DNA from: Bugula neritina
Taxonomy: Eukaryota; Animalia; Bryozoa
Assembly (NCBI GenBank): GCA_964035545.1
Contig: OZ037766.1
Coordinates: 2,666,001 to 2,730,000 of the forward strand
Length of the DNA stretch: 64,000 nucleotides
Direction: 5' to 3'
Below, piece after piece: positions 50,649 to 62,120 of the stretch. Made by a program: the position numbers and the translations under genes. Each line of letters opens with the position of its first letter. Within the stretch, counting starts at the first letter, position 1. Under the pieces are notes generated by a model. The model was not told the DNA's origin, did no database searches, and saw only the letters and a list, made by a program, of their open reading frames with translations.

Positions 50649-53600
50649 ATGGCCGGCGTACGGGTTCCATTAGCTCTGCAAGTTTGCAATGATATTTCTA
50701 TGAGATTTTCACCCTCTTCTGGCATCTTTGCAAGTACTACACTATTTCTGTCTTCAAAAAATAAAGCTAATACTTGTCACAGGTTATGCTTAACGGTGAG
50801 CCGTGCATCTTATTCCTAATAAATAAGCAATATGATTATGAGTATGTTGAATTTAATAATAATAATTATTATATTTATTAATTTAATTTTTTATGTTATT
50901 AAATTTAATATAAAATTAAATATTTATAGTATTTTTTTGTTATAACTATTATAATATTTTTTGTGGTTGCTTCAAGTTTTACTCAAATGAACAATTTATG
51001 AGTATCAGTATCATTATGATTGTGATCAAGATCAAGATGAAATCTGATACTAAGTCTAATAGTAATAGTAATAGTAATACTAATACAGTAATACTAATAG
51101 TGATACTCTAATGGTAATACTTATTAAACTTAAAGTTAATTGCTAATGCTCTTGAAAGTTGATAGAGTCTATCAAGCTTCTAGTTAAATACTAATCGTAG
51201 ATAGTACTAGTAGTAAAACTTAGTCTAATGCTTATACTTATGAGCTGTAGTAATGTTAATGTTATAGAGTAATATTCTAATAGATTATAGCTGATGATAT
51301 AGTTTTACTTATAGTAAATTTAAGTACTAAATAGTAAATTATTAATAGTAGTTTTAAAGTAAAATAGTGATGTATTACGATTAGTCTTCCTTTGGGCTTT
51401 GACTTTAAATTTAAATATTGAACTGTGCTTAACATCTATAACTTATTTTTGTAATTATTAACTTAGTATTAAAGACTGGGGTTGAAAGAGGGATAGTAAT
51501 TGACGATGGTGTTGTTTAACTTCAGACACATATTAGGATGCTGTAAAATACTGAATCTGTTTGTGGTGGTTATAGCTAATAAAGTATTGTGAGTTGATTT
51601 TCTAGAATCAAAGATTTGTTTCAAACACATCCCAGAATTTTAATGGTGAGCTAGAGAAACCTGCATCCACCAGTCAGCCCTCGAATGAACTTGTATCATC
51701 TCAACCCAACACAAACCTTGTGAACCAAACAGAGAGCTTGTATAGGTTAGTATGGTGAAAACTGGGCAGTTTTATATGTGCAAGTTTGACATAGTCGCTA
51801 TGGTTACATAACAGGTAATGGTGTTTTAGAGAAAGATTTATCCCCCTGACCAGGAGGACCACGGTAGCCCACCTCCTCCAAGATGAGCAGAAATTGACTT
51901 CTGCTGATCGTAAACTGTTTGAGAAATTCGCCCTTTCACTCGATGCCGTTATTCACACTCGATATGCTGCCACCTTAGAAGAACTGAAGGTGGGCAGCTG
52001 CTTTAACGGCAACACATCGTAAAAGTCCAAATTATTTTATTGATATTATTTTATTGTATAAGTAAAATTATAGTGTTTTAATTATTTAAAAAAGGTATTT
52101 AATTATTACTTTACTTCTACTATACTGACCTTTATTATTTATAGTACTATTTCTACTTAATTTCAAGTACACTGTAATTTCTTGTATGGTGGAGTCTATT
52201 TTATTGTGTATTCATAATTATACCAACTAGATGAGCTTGCGTCTTACTAACGTTCAAAATATAAATAAAAGAAGTCTGTAACAATCATGTTTCTAGATAC
52301 ATTTATTTTATCAACAAATTAAGAGTTGTCTTATAATTCTCACATTCCTCTCTTTTTCCCAGCAACTGTTTGACCCAATAAGTCCGGACAAGGACACTAT
52401 AGCCACTCGCCAGTACTCGAGAGATGATAGACTAGACAGTGAGTTCTGGCTCATGCAGAGACTGAGTCACGTGATGGAGAAAGCCAACTTCCACGAACTT
52501 ACAGACGTTGAAGTTAAAACCAAATTAAAAGATAAGGAAAGTGGGAGTGGGCTAAAGGTGCGTGTGTATGTGAAGTTGTCTTCTATACGGAGTTGTATTC
52601 TCTTTATGATTTTGTGTAAGCTCTAGTGGGAATAAGCCAACATATTAGGTCAAACAAAATTTTTCTTGGCTGATGTCATGTGAGGTAAGAATATCTCATA
52701 AAGTTTGCTACAAAACAAAAGCAATTATTTAATTTGAAACTGAAATTATACTGTATTTCAGCGATTCAAATTTAATTTACTGAAATTTCACCATAGGTTT
52801 TATTGACAGCTGCATTAAATTAAAATAAGACCAAAACCACTCATTGCATATTCTTGTAAACATTGTAACCAATAACTATTCAACAAACAAGTGTTTTTAC
52901 TTGCATGTTTTTATTGCAGCGCATTTGTAGCCTTCATATAGCTTCCACTTCTGCCGTTCTTCATATTGACACTTTTTCCACACACATTATGGAGTTGTCT
53001 TTTCACATTGCAGCACAAGGCTTTGCTATGCTTACCTGGATCATTTATTTATGCAGAATACCCTCAACAAGCTTTGACTGCTCTTCACCAAAAACTATGT
53101 TCACTGAAATGTTGGTTTGCAAACTGAGCCTGTAATGAAAGTTTTGCTGTGTATTTCAGGTGCTTATAGAAGCCCACAACTACGACGTTATGAAGTTCTG
53201 GGTGCTGGGCAAACAAACCCTGCCTACCAATAGCTCAGTTCTCAGTAAACTCCGTGATCTTCTAGCGAGAGGGGCAGGGAACCCCCCTCCTACAGTTTAC
53301 AGGAGAGTTGTAGCCGCGGTCAGACTTGGCAAGGATGATAAGCTGACGCTAAAAGCTTTCAAGGACATCCGAGCAGACGATTTGGAGAAAGTGCTGCCTG
53401 TAGGAACTATTGCGATTGGTCGGTTTGACAGGAAGCTGATAATTTCATCACTGGCGCTGGGCAGCGCTAGTCTGTTGGCGCAACTGGTCACCTATCTGGC
53501 AAAGCTCAACGTTCACTGGCCTCTGGGATTGGCCGGAGCGTTTGGGTTGCTGGGTGTGACAGGCTACTGGAAGCACAGGTCAAGGGTGAACGACTACCTC

Positions 53601-55015
53601 TCTGGATTGAATAACACGCTTTACTATAACAACATAGCTAATAATAGAGGTCTCATCACGCTGGTGGTGGACAGAGCTCAAGATGAGAGCTTCAAAGAGG
53701 CCCTCCTCACCTACACCTTCATACAAGGTTTGAGTCGAGAGCAGCAGACGGATTCTCTGACAGTCGACCAATCAGACAGTAACTTACATATATTGTGTTT
53801 AGACATCAGTGTGACCTAACATGACTTACATACATACATTGCGTTTAGACATCAATGTGAGTTTATATAGTTCCATAAATGTCTTCGGTCTTGAGACTTG
53901 GTAATACTAACCAATATATTCTACAGCTAAATATTCTAGAAAGATATCCTTTATCTTCACATGTCATAGCCATATTTCTTTATGATCCCAGCTTTCTGTT
54001 GTTACTAGTTGTCAGACACCCTTATAGTAATATTTCAGTTATGTGGGTGCAAGTACCTCTCAACTGGAGTCTATCATGACTCTCTCCTTTAGATAATAAT
54101 ATCTAAAGTTGGCAATATAGGTATAGCTTTGTAATACCATAGAGATGTATGTAATCAAGAGAGTTGTGTCCTCTCTGTGACAATAAAAGTAAAACAAGCA
54201 GTTGGTTATAATGAAGTTCTCAGGGCCACAATATGGATAGACTGAGGACCATCTATTTCTGGTTGGTGATTTGTAGGGAAGGTAACTGTAGTAGCCCTAG
54301 AGAACGCCGTAGAACAGTGGATATATGAACATACGGGCACAGCTCTGGAGTTTAGCTCTGCTGAATCTCTCTCTATTTTGGAGAAAGTTTGTATATTCAT
54401 TATATTATTAGATGTTGCGCATTATTCTTGTACGTCATCATTATATTTCGCATTATTTATATACAATAGCATTATAAATATAACACATTATTATCATACA
54501 GTGTCGTTATATTACACTTTATCACGATCATCTCCTCATACAAGTTAGTGAATTTCAGTTTTATAGAACATATTTATTGCTTTTGGACAAAAAAGTTATA
54601 AGTTCTTAAAATTCCTTTAAAGTTATGATTGATTGTTGGATATCATTTCATGCTAATATCTAATAGTTCTGTGGATTTTCATTGTGACTGCCAATCTATC
54701 AAACTGATTTATGTTGACTTATGTTTCCTTTTGTCTCGTTATGTTTACCATTCTGCAACTCATCTCAGTAAGTTCTGTCTCTGCTAGGTTGGCATCTTGT
54801 CTCGTCATCAAGGAGTATCAGAAACGCTGTCGGTGCTGCCGCTAGAGCAAGCGTACAGGCTGCTGCCGCAGACCCCCCTTTCCATACTCACTCGAATAGA
54901 GGATGCCGACATCACCGAAGGCTATGACAAGTCTAGATTTACCAGCCAGTCAGATAAGCCCACCCGGTCTGCATATTCTAGCATGCTTAGAAAATTTACT
55001 ATATTCCGTAGGTAA
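50649..55015 (+). CDS. TMEM143: Transmembrane protein 143, mitochondrial
   Basis: Exons 50649-50795, 51606-51745, 51830-51989, 52363-52557, 53160-53778, 54277-54386, 54788-55015; motifs YRERFIP, LFDPISPDKDT, KANF, KFWVLG, RRVVAA, LKAFKDI..DLE.VLP, LYYNNIANN, RAQDESFKEALLTYTF. Confidence 0.9.
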
Positions 55016-55604
55016 CTGATTGTAATTTTATTTGTTGAAATTTTTTCTACCAACTTTATTTCCTAAATTAATGTTCAGAACGTTCTACATAAATCAAACT
55101 TGTTGAAGCATTGTCTGTATGTGAATATTACTTGACTTCAAACACTGGCTACTTTAGTGCAGTGTAGATAGGTAATGGGCAAATACTTGCCAACTATGTT
55201 TTTTGTAATGAGTATAAATTTTGTGTCTTTAATTTTTGCATAGTCAGTTTGGTTAAAACATTTGTATTTTGATATTTATTGTACTAGCTAAAGATTTCTA
55301 TGTTACCATTATTGAAATATATCTCTTCTACATTAATATTATTCTATTTTCATTATAAGGTTAAATTATTCTAAGCTACAGACTTTAAATTCATGATATA
55401 CAAGATCGGTTTTGCATAAAATTCTCAAAAATCTCAAATCATATAAAAATCACTTAAATTAATTGCATAGTACAGAAACTTGGTATAGAAAAATACAGTT
55501 GCAGTATAGCAATATTCAGTATTAAAAATAATATAGAAAGATAAAAATTATTAAACCCAAATTGGAAATGGCAATAAAATTTCATGCGACAGACCAGAAT
55601 ATTG

Positions 55605-58600
55605 TTATGACTCAGTGACTGGCTTAGCGAGACCAATTTCTTGCAGGGCCTCTTTGATTACGGAGTACACATTCTCGTCTTCAATTGTAGGCGGCACCTG
55701 GTAGTAAAACGAAATATTCACCAAGTATTCAAGAAATACAGCTATTCAAATTACTATAGGTTATATTCTTTGGTAGCACTTCCTGTTAGCACAGACCTGG
55801 AAGTTGTGTGCTCAGAGTACTATTACAGGATTATGTTTAGATGAGTCGCCCTTTCAAATATTCCTAGACTACTGGCTACTTGAATTTGTAAACTATTTCT
55901 AGCAAATTCTGGGTAAACCCACCTTATAAGGCCGACCATCAGCTAAAGCTGCTAGAGTTGCTCTTGCAATCTTTCCCGATCTTGTTTTTGGGAGGCCAGG
56001 AACAAATACGACAAGTTTAAAAGCTGCGACTGGGCCGACGTGCTCTCGCACATGGGCTATTATATGACTAGTCATTGTTTCTTTATCTTCCACAGCTACA
56101 AATATAGAGTTGTTTAATAAATATAAACAGACATGACACAAAAATTTATCCAATTCATGAAATAATTAATTATGCTTCTTGTTGCGAATTATATTATAAA
56201 ACTCATCAAAAGTAGATAGTTTCATTAAAGTTGAAGTTTGAAAATAATGAATAGTGAAACAAAAAAGAATAGATAACTTTACCTGTCTACAATTTAAATA
56301 ACCAAGTTGCACTATTTCAATACAATTACAATCCCAGTCACAGCGTTAGTCACAGTTATAGTATTAGTCAGAGTGTTAGTCACAGTGTCAGTCATAGTTA
56401 CAGTGTTAGTTATAATATAAGTCACAGTACTAGTTACAGTCATAGCATTAGTCACAATGCTAGTCACAGTTACAATGCTAGTCACAGCGCTAGTCACAGT
56501 CATAGTATCAGTCACAGTGCTAGTCACGATGTTCAAATGCTAAGCATAGAAGTTGTGAGAGAGCTAAACTTACGTTTCTTCATGACACAGAAGCCGAGAG
56601 GCATCTGTCCCTTCAGCTCATCTTTGATACCGACTACTGCACACTCAGCTACAGCTTCCTCTATCATTATAGCCTGTGGAAAGAAATTACACTAACCTTG
56701 ACCTTACCCTGGCATCACTGCTCAATGTACGAACATATTGACTTTCTCACGCAGATCTATTTTATACTGAAAAGACTAAGTAAACTTCGGGCATTCAAAC
56801 TTAAACAAAGTTACAAAAGCACTGGATGGAAAAGACATTTAAATAACACAAACACTTAGCACAAACTTTCATTTCCTGTCACATGAAAAGTTCAAACCAA
56901 TCAATAGACAGTATAGAAAGCAGATGCCAACCTCCTCTAGGGCAGATGTGGAAAGCCTGTGACCAGCAACATTGATGATGTCATCAGTTCTTGCCATGAC
57001 TGCAACGTAACCTTCCTTATCCTTGAACCCAGAATCAGCTGTGTCGTAGTAACCCTACAATCAGTCACACCACGCTATTACTCCGCTGCCTAATGAATGA
57101 CAAAGTTTCAAAAAAAAAGAAATGTTTGGTTTAATTACAAATCTGGTGAGAGAAAGTATCAACAGCAACCTCTAGTTACTCTGACAAAAACACTGAGTTA
57201 TTGACCTCTACATTGGCTGTTCATGCAGCTGAGTCATAATTTCAACAATCTGTAAAATCTTTGCTGAATTACAATATTACATCTCCATTAGTATCTCTTA
57301 GGGTACTTCCTATGATTATCCATGGTTATGGTAGTCTGGGTTATTTTGTGGAAAAGAACTTTAAAATAAAAAGATCCTACGACAGCAATTCAATGCTGAA
57401 ACGTGCCATAAACTCACGGGATACTTGGAGAAGTATTCCTCGTACTTTGATTGGTTCTCATACAGAGTGTCGGCAAAACCAGGAGGCATGGGTAGCTTCA
57501 CCACTATGTTTCCCAGTTCACCTGCTCCAGCCTCTGTGTGGTCTTCTTTCATTATTTTAACTGTAATATAATAAATAATATACAAGCAATATAACATATA
57601 ATATACGAGTAATATAACATATAATATACGAGTAATTAATATAACATATAATATACGGGTAATGTAACATAATATATGAGTAATATAACATGTATTATAA
57701 GAGTAATGTAATATAATATATTAATATTATAACATAATATAATATTTGAGTATTGTAGCATATAATATATAACATACAGATATTATATACATAATAATGT
57801 AATACAATATATCCTACCATATTACTTCATTGTAATATATCATAAAATATTAATATTCTGTCATAATAATTTATGATATGATGTAACTAGTATAATTACT
57901 TTAATTCTTATTATGATGCAAGATGTATATAACTATACAACAGGTACAGGTATATAACTATATAACAGACACACACCATTGTAGCCAGGTACAGGTAAGC
58001 CTGTGGAACCCTCAGGGGGGTCCAGTCTATTGCCGAGACCAACATTGGAGCAGGTGATGGCCCAGCCCGTCTCCGTCTGCCACCAATTGTCCAACAGCGG
58101 GCAGCCACCAAACTTCTCCGACGTCCACCTCGCTGTCTCCACGTCGCAGTGCTCTCCCGCCACAAACAAGTTACGGAAACTAAAGGGGAAGCCACCAACA
58201 TTACATCATACACCATACAGACTGGTTTACATTATCACTACGTTTTCAAGCTTCACATTATGCGAATAGATTTTCCATTCGATGTTTAGAAAGAGTTGCA
58301 TCGAATTAAACCACAACCGTAAGTTTATACAAAGTTCAACCACAAATTCATCCATAAGAGGATCTATTCGCATAATGTGAAGCCATGGAAACACAGTGCA
58401 AGATCCAGTAGTATACAACCTATTACCTTTTATTGAAGTACTTATTCAAAGCAAATTTCATTTAAGAGATTAAAGACAACTATAATCTTTTTTAAACACC
58501 ATAGCAGTATACCACTTGTGGGTGACACTTTAAACTTTTCTTCACTTCTTTATATTGATGTATTAGAAACTCACTTAGGAAATTTATACTTGGCTCCCAG

Positions 58601-61600
58601 CTCAGCTTCAGGGTCCTACAACAACGTCCCAACAAGTTGAGTAATACTAAGAATCTTGTACTAAATGGCAGTGCACAAATAGAACAAACTGACAGTAGCA
58701 TTATATTATATATAACAATTTAATAAAATATTCATTACAAAGCCTTGCAACACAATATATTGGGCAAAGATAAACTATAATAACCCTTAAGATTCTACCA
58801 GAAGCTGAACTTACTGCCTTCCTGATGGCCCGTAGAGCGGTAGGTGCAGTGAACATGGAGGCCACATTGTGCTCGCTGAGCACACGGAAGAAGGCGCTAC
58901 TGTCTGGGGTGCCTACAGGCTTACCCTCGTATATCACCGTCGTGTTACCATGCAGTAGCGGAGCGTAGCAAATGTACGAGTGACCAACTATCCAACCTAA
59001 ATCAGATGCCGACCACCATACCTAGAGAATAGAGAGCAGAGCACCATGTCAACACCATACGATATGTGTGAGACAGTTGAGTGAGACACAGTTGAGTGAG
59101 ACACAGTTGAGTGAGACAGAGTTGAGCGAGACACAGTTGAGTGACATACAGTTGAGCGAGCCAGTTTAGTGAGACACAGTTGAGTGAGACAGAGTTGAGT
59201 GAGACACAGTAGAGTGACATACAGTTGAGTTAGACAGAGTTGAGTGAGACAGAGTTGAGTGAGACAGAGTAGAGTGAGACACAGTTGAGTGAGAGAGTTG
59301 AGTGAGACAGAGTTGAGTGACATAGTTTAGTGAGACAGTATACAATGTAATTAGAAACGCACCTCGCCTGGATTCATGCCATATAGAGCATTCATAGACC
59401 AGGTAAGAGCCACGGCATGTCCACCATGACTTCTAACTACCCCTTTGGGTTGTCCTGTAGTGCCAGATGTATAGAGTATATAGAGAGGGTGCTGAGAGTC
59501 AACTGGTACACAGTCTACGGGTTTTGCCTTGCTCATTTCATCTTGATAACATGACTGGTGTGACTTCAGCTCTACTTTATCTAGCTGAATAGACAAGGTC
59601 ATATCAATGTCAAGTCAAGATTGAATCAAAAGTCAAAGTCAAGTTGGGTTTGTGTAGAGATCATATTAGTGTGCCGTTGATGTTAAGCTTATTGCAACTT
59701 GAATATATTAATAGATATACTGATATATATTACTATATTACTTATATATATTACTAGATATACTGATATATATTACTAGATAGTAGATATACTGATATAT
59801 ATTACTAGACATACTGATATATATTACTAGATATACTAATATATATTACTAGATATACTGATATATATTAATAGATATACTGATATATATTAATAGATGT
59901 ACTAAGATATATTACTAGATATACTGATATATATTACTACATATTATACTGATATATATTACTAGATATACTGATATACATTACTAAATATACTAAAATA
60001 TATTACTAGATATACTGATATATATTACTAGATATACTGATATATATTACTAGATATACTGATATATATTACTAGATATACTGATATATATTACTACATA
60101 TACTGATATATATTACTACATATACTGATATATTATTAGATATACTGATATATATTACTAGATATACTGATATATATTACTAGATATACTGATATCACAT
60201 ACCTGAGGTCTATTGAATATGATGACTTCAGGGTCAATGTGTTCAGGGGTCAACTCTAAGGCTTGCTCTACTATAGGAACATAGGCTACGGTACGACTAG
60301 GTTCCACGCCACAACTAGCTGTCACTATGACTTTGGGCTGTCAACAGTAAGAGTAAGGTTGACTGTATGCCAGGGAGGTTAATTTACTTTGCTCTCAGTC
60401 ACTCTCAAAACTCAATGCCATCACTTTACTTTAAAATAGGTTGTAAGGTTTCACTATTTTAAAACAATTCCAACAATTCGTACGTCTCTATTGAGCCTAG
60501 CTAGCATGAAACTGTCTTTTTTTTTACAAAATTAGGGTTCATAGTAGCAATAAGCAAAGTTGTTCTGTACAGATTCTATTTAGATTTATCTTTTCTTAAT
60601 TGTTTGATACCTTCCCAAGCTTATGTAAATAACTTGTTCAAGTCAATATAGAAAATCTGGAGTGGTAACTGGGTGTCAAATGCAAACTTTTCTACACGCC
60701 AATGTCATACATGTAAATGGTAGAAAACAAATGATTGTGGTATTATGAATCATCACTCTACCATGAATTATCCATGAAAGTCATATTAGCATGAATTAGT
60801 CTTTTGACTTCGTGTTTGTACATACATATAATATTGATACTTCACCACACTCTGAGTAGTGGACTGAGAGTTACATGACTAATACTCAGAGTAAAAACAC
60901 TAACTTGGCAGTGAGAGAGTCTGACAGAAAGTTCTTTAGCAGAAAATCCTCCAAACACCAGGGAGTGAACTGCCCCGACCCTCGCACAGGCCAACATAGT
61001 TACTAAGGCTTCAGGTATCATTGGCATGTATATCACAACACGATCACCTGACTTCACACCTTTCTGGGTCAACACGCCAGCCATTAGGGACACCTGATGA
61101 GATATGAACACAGAACCTTAACATTTCTAAATACAAGTTGTAAGCAAAATTAGCTCATACTTTAGTTCACTGACCAGGATTTGCATAAAATAAGTTGATT
61201 GTGTGTTATTGTATTTACTTTGCAGCAAAAGTGAAATACGTTATGTTTTCACTTCAGATTACAGTTATTTTCACCATTTAAGAGCAAAGATTCTGTAGTG
61301 ATTGTATGAATTTTACAGATAAGTGTAAAAAGGAAGTTTATAGCTCTAGACCTCTGTTAATAAATCTTTATATGTGAGCTTAGCCTGAGAGTTTGTCACT
61401 GGACTATCATGTATTACAGCAGTCTGCTCTCCCCGCCCTTCCAACACATGGCGATCAACAGCGTTGTAGCAGGTGTTCAATTCACCACCAATAAACCTGT
61501 AAGATGTTTAACATCCATGGTGAGTTTATTTTTGTAAATTCAGCTTCATGCAAAATGGTAGGTTTGACTGAAGTTTTCAGAACCACAGATTCTAAAACCA

Positions 61601-62120
61601 ATAAATCGTCTAAAATAACTTTCGCATATGCCCAATATGTATGTTTTGAAATGTATTTTCATAATTAAAAATAAAGGATATATAATTTCTTTTTTAAAAC
61701 TCAAGTAAATATGTTGTTTTCATACAACTATAAAACAGGACAGGACAGAGCGGAGATAGGTGAGAATAAATGTTTTATGGTTTATAGCACAAGTAATACA
61801 TTTATTGTATCAACTTTGTCACACCGATTACATGCATGTGATATAGAGAGAGCACTTTATATACACCTAATGTAGTCACCAGTAAAGTAGTCCCCATCTT
61901 ACCACCGGCCAGGAGCATGCTGTGAAGTATCTACTACTTTTTTCCAAGGTTTAAACCAAGTGATATTCTGTGAAACTTCAGCCCAGAAATCAGCCGGTTT
62001 TTCAGTTGAACCTCTAAAAGCTGCTTCATAACGGTCAAACTGATGAGCTGAACAAAATAGTCTGTGCCGATGGTTGTTTAGTGTCTTGACTCCTTTTTGT
62101 AATATACTTTTACCCGCCAT
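55605..62120 (-). CDS. ACSS3: Acyl-CoA synthetase short-chain family member 3 (propionate-CoA ligase), mitochondrial
   Basis: 13 exons 62120-61903, 61496-61352, 61093-60905, 60337-60203, 59584-59363, 59021-58815, 58615-58575, 58179-57977, 57560-57418, 57054-56932, 56673-56574, 56095-55923, 55697-55605; motifs [70 protein letters not shown]. Confidence 0.96.
56333..56530. repeat. 6/12-bp periodic repeat (GTTAGTCACAGT-like) in ACSS3 intron 11
   Basis: Recurrent TAGTCACAG/TAGTTACAG units ending about 45 nt from the donor at 56573. Confidence 0.8.
57563..57780. repeat. AT-rich ~23-bp repeat abutting the ACSS3 intron 8 acceptor
   Basis: AATATAACATATAATATACGAGT units decaying away from the acceptor at 57561. 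Confidence 0.75.
59066..59338. repeat. 15-bp minisatellite filling ACSS3 intron 5
   Basis: ~18 copies of GTTGAGTGAGACA(C/G)A occupying ~270 of the 341-nt intron. Confidence 0.93.
59703..60196. repeat. 22-bp minisatellite in ACSS3 intron 4
   Basis: ~22 copies of TACTAGATATACTGATATATAT beginning 6-7 nt inside the donor at 60202. Confidence 0.94.

Noticed and set aside
53905-53952. TACTAAC..CAG followed by ATATCCTTT (U12-type donor) in a TMEM143 intron
   Set aside because: No convincing U12 branch point and AC acceptor downstream; the flanking exons already join in frame via GT-AG.
56312-59323. ORFs 56312-56536, 58997-59323 and 59002-59220
   Set aside because: Translations of intronic tandem repeats in ACSS3.
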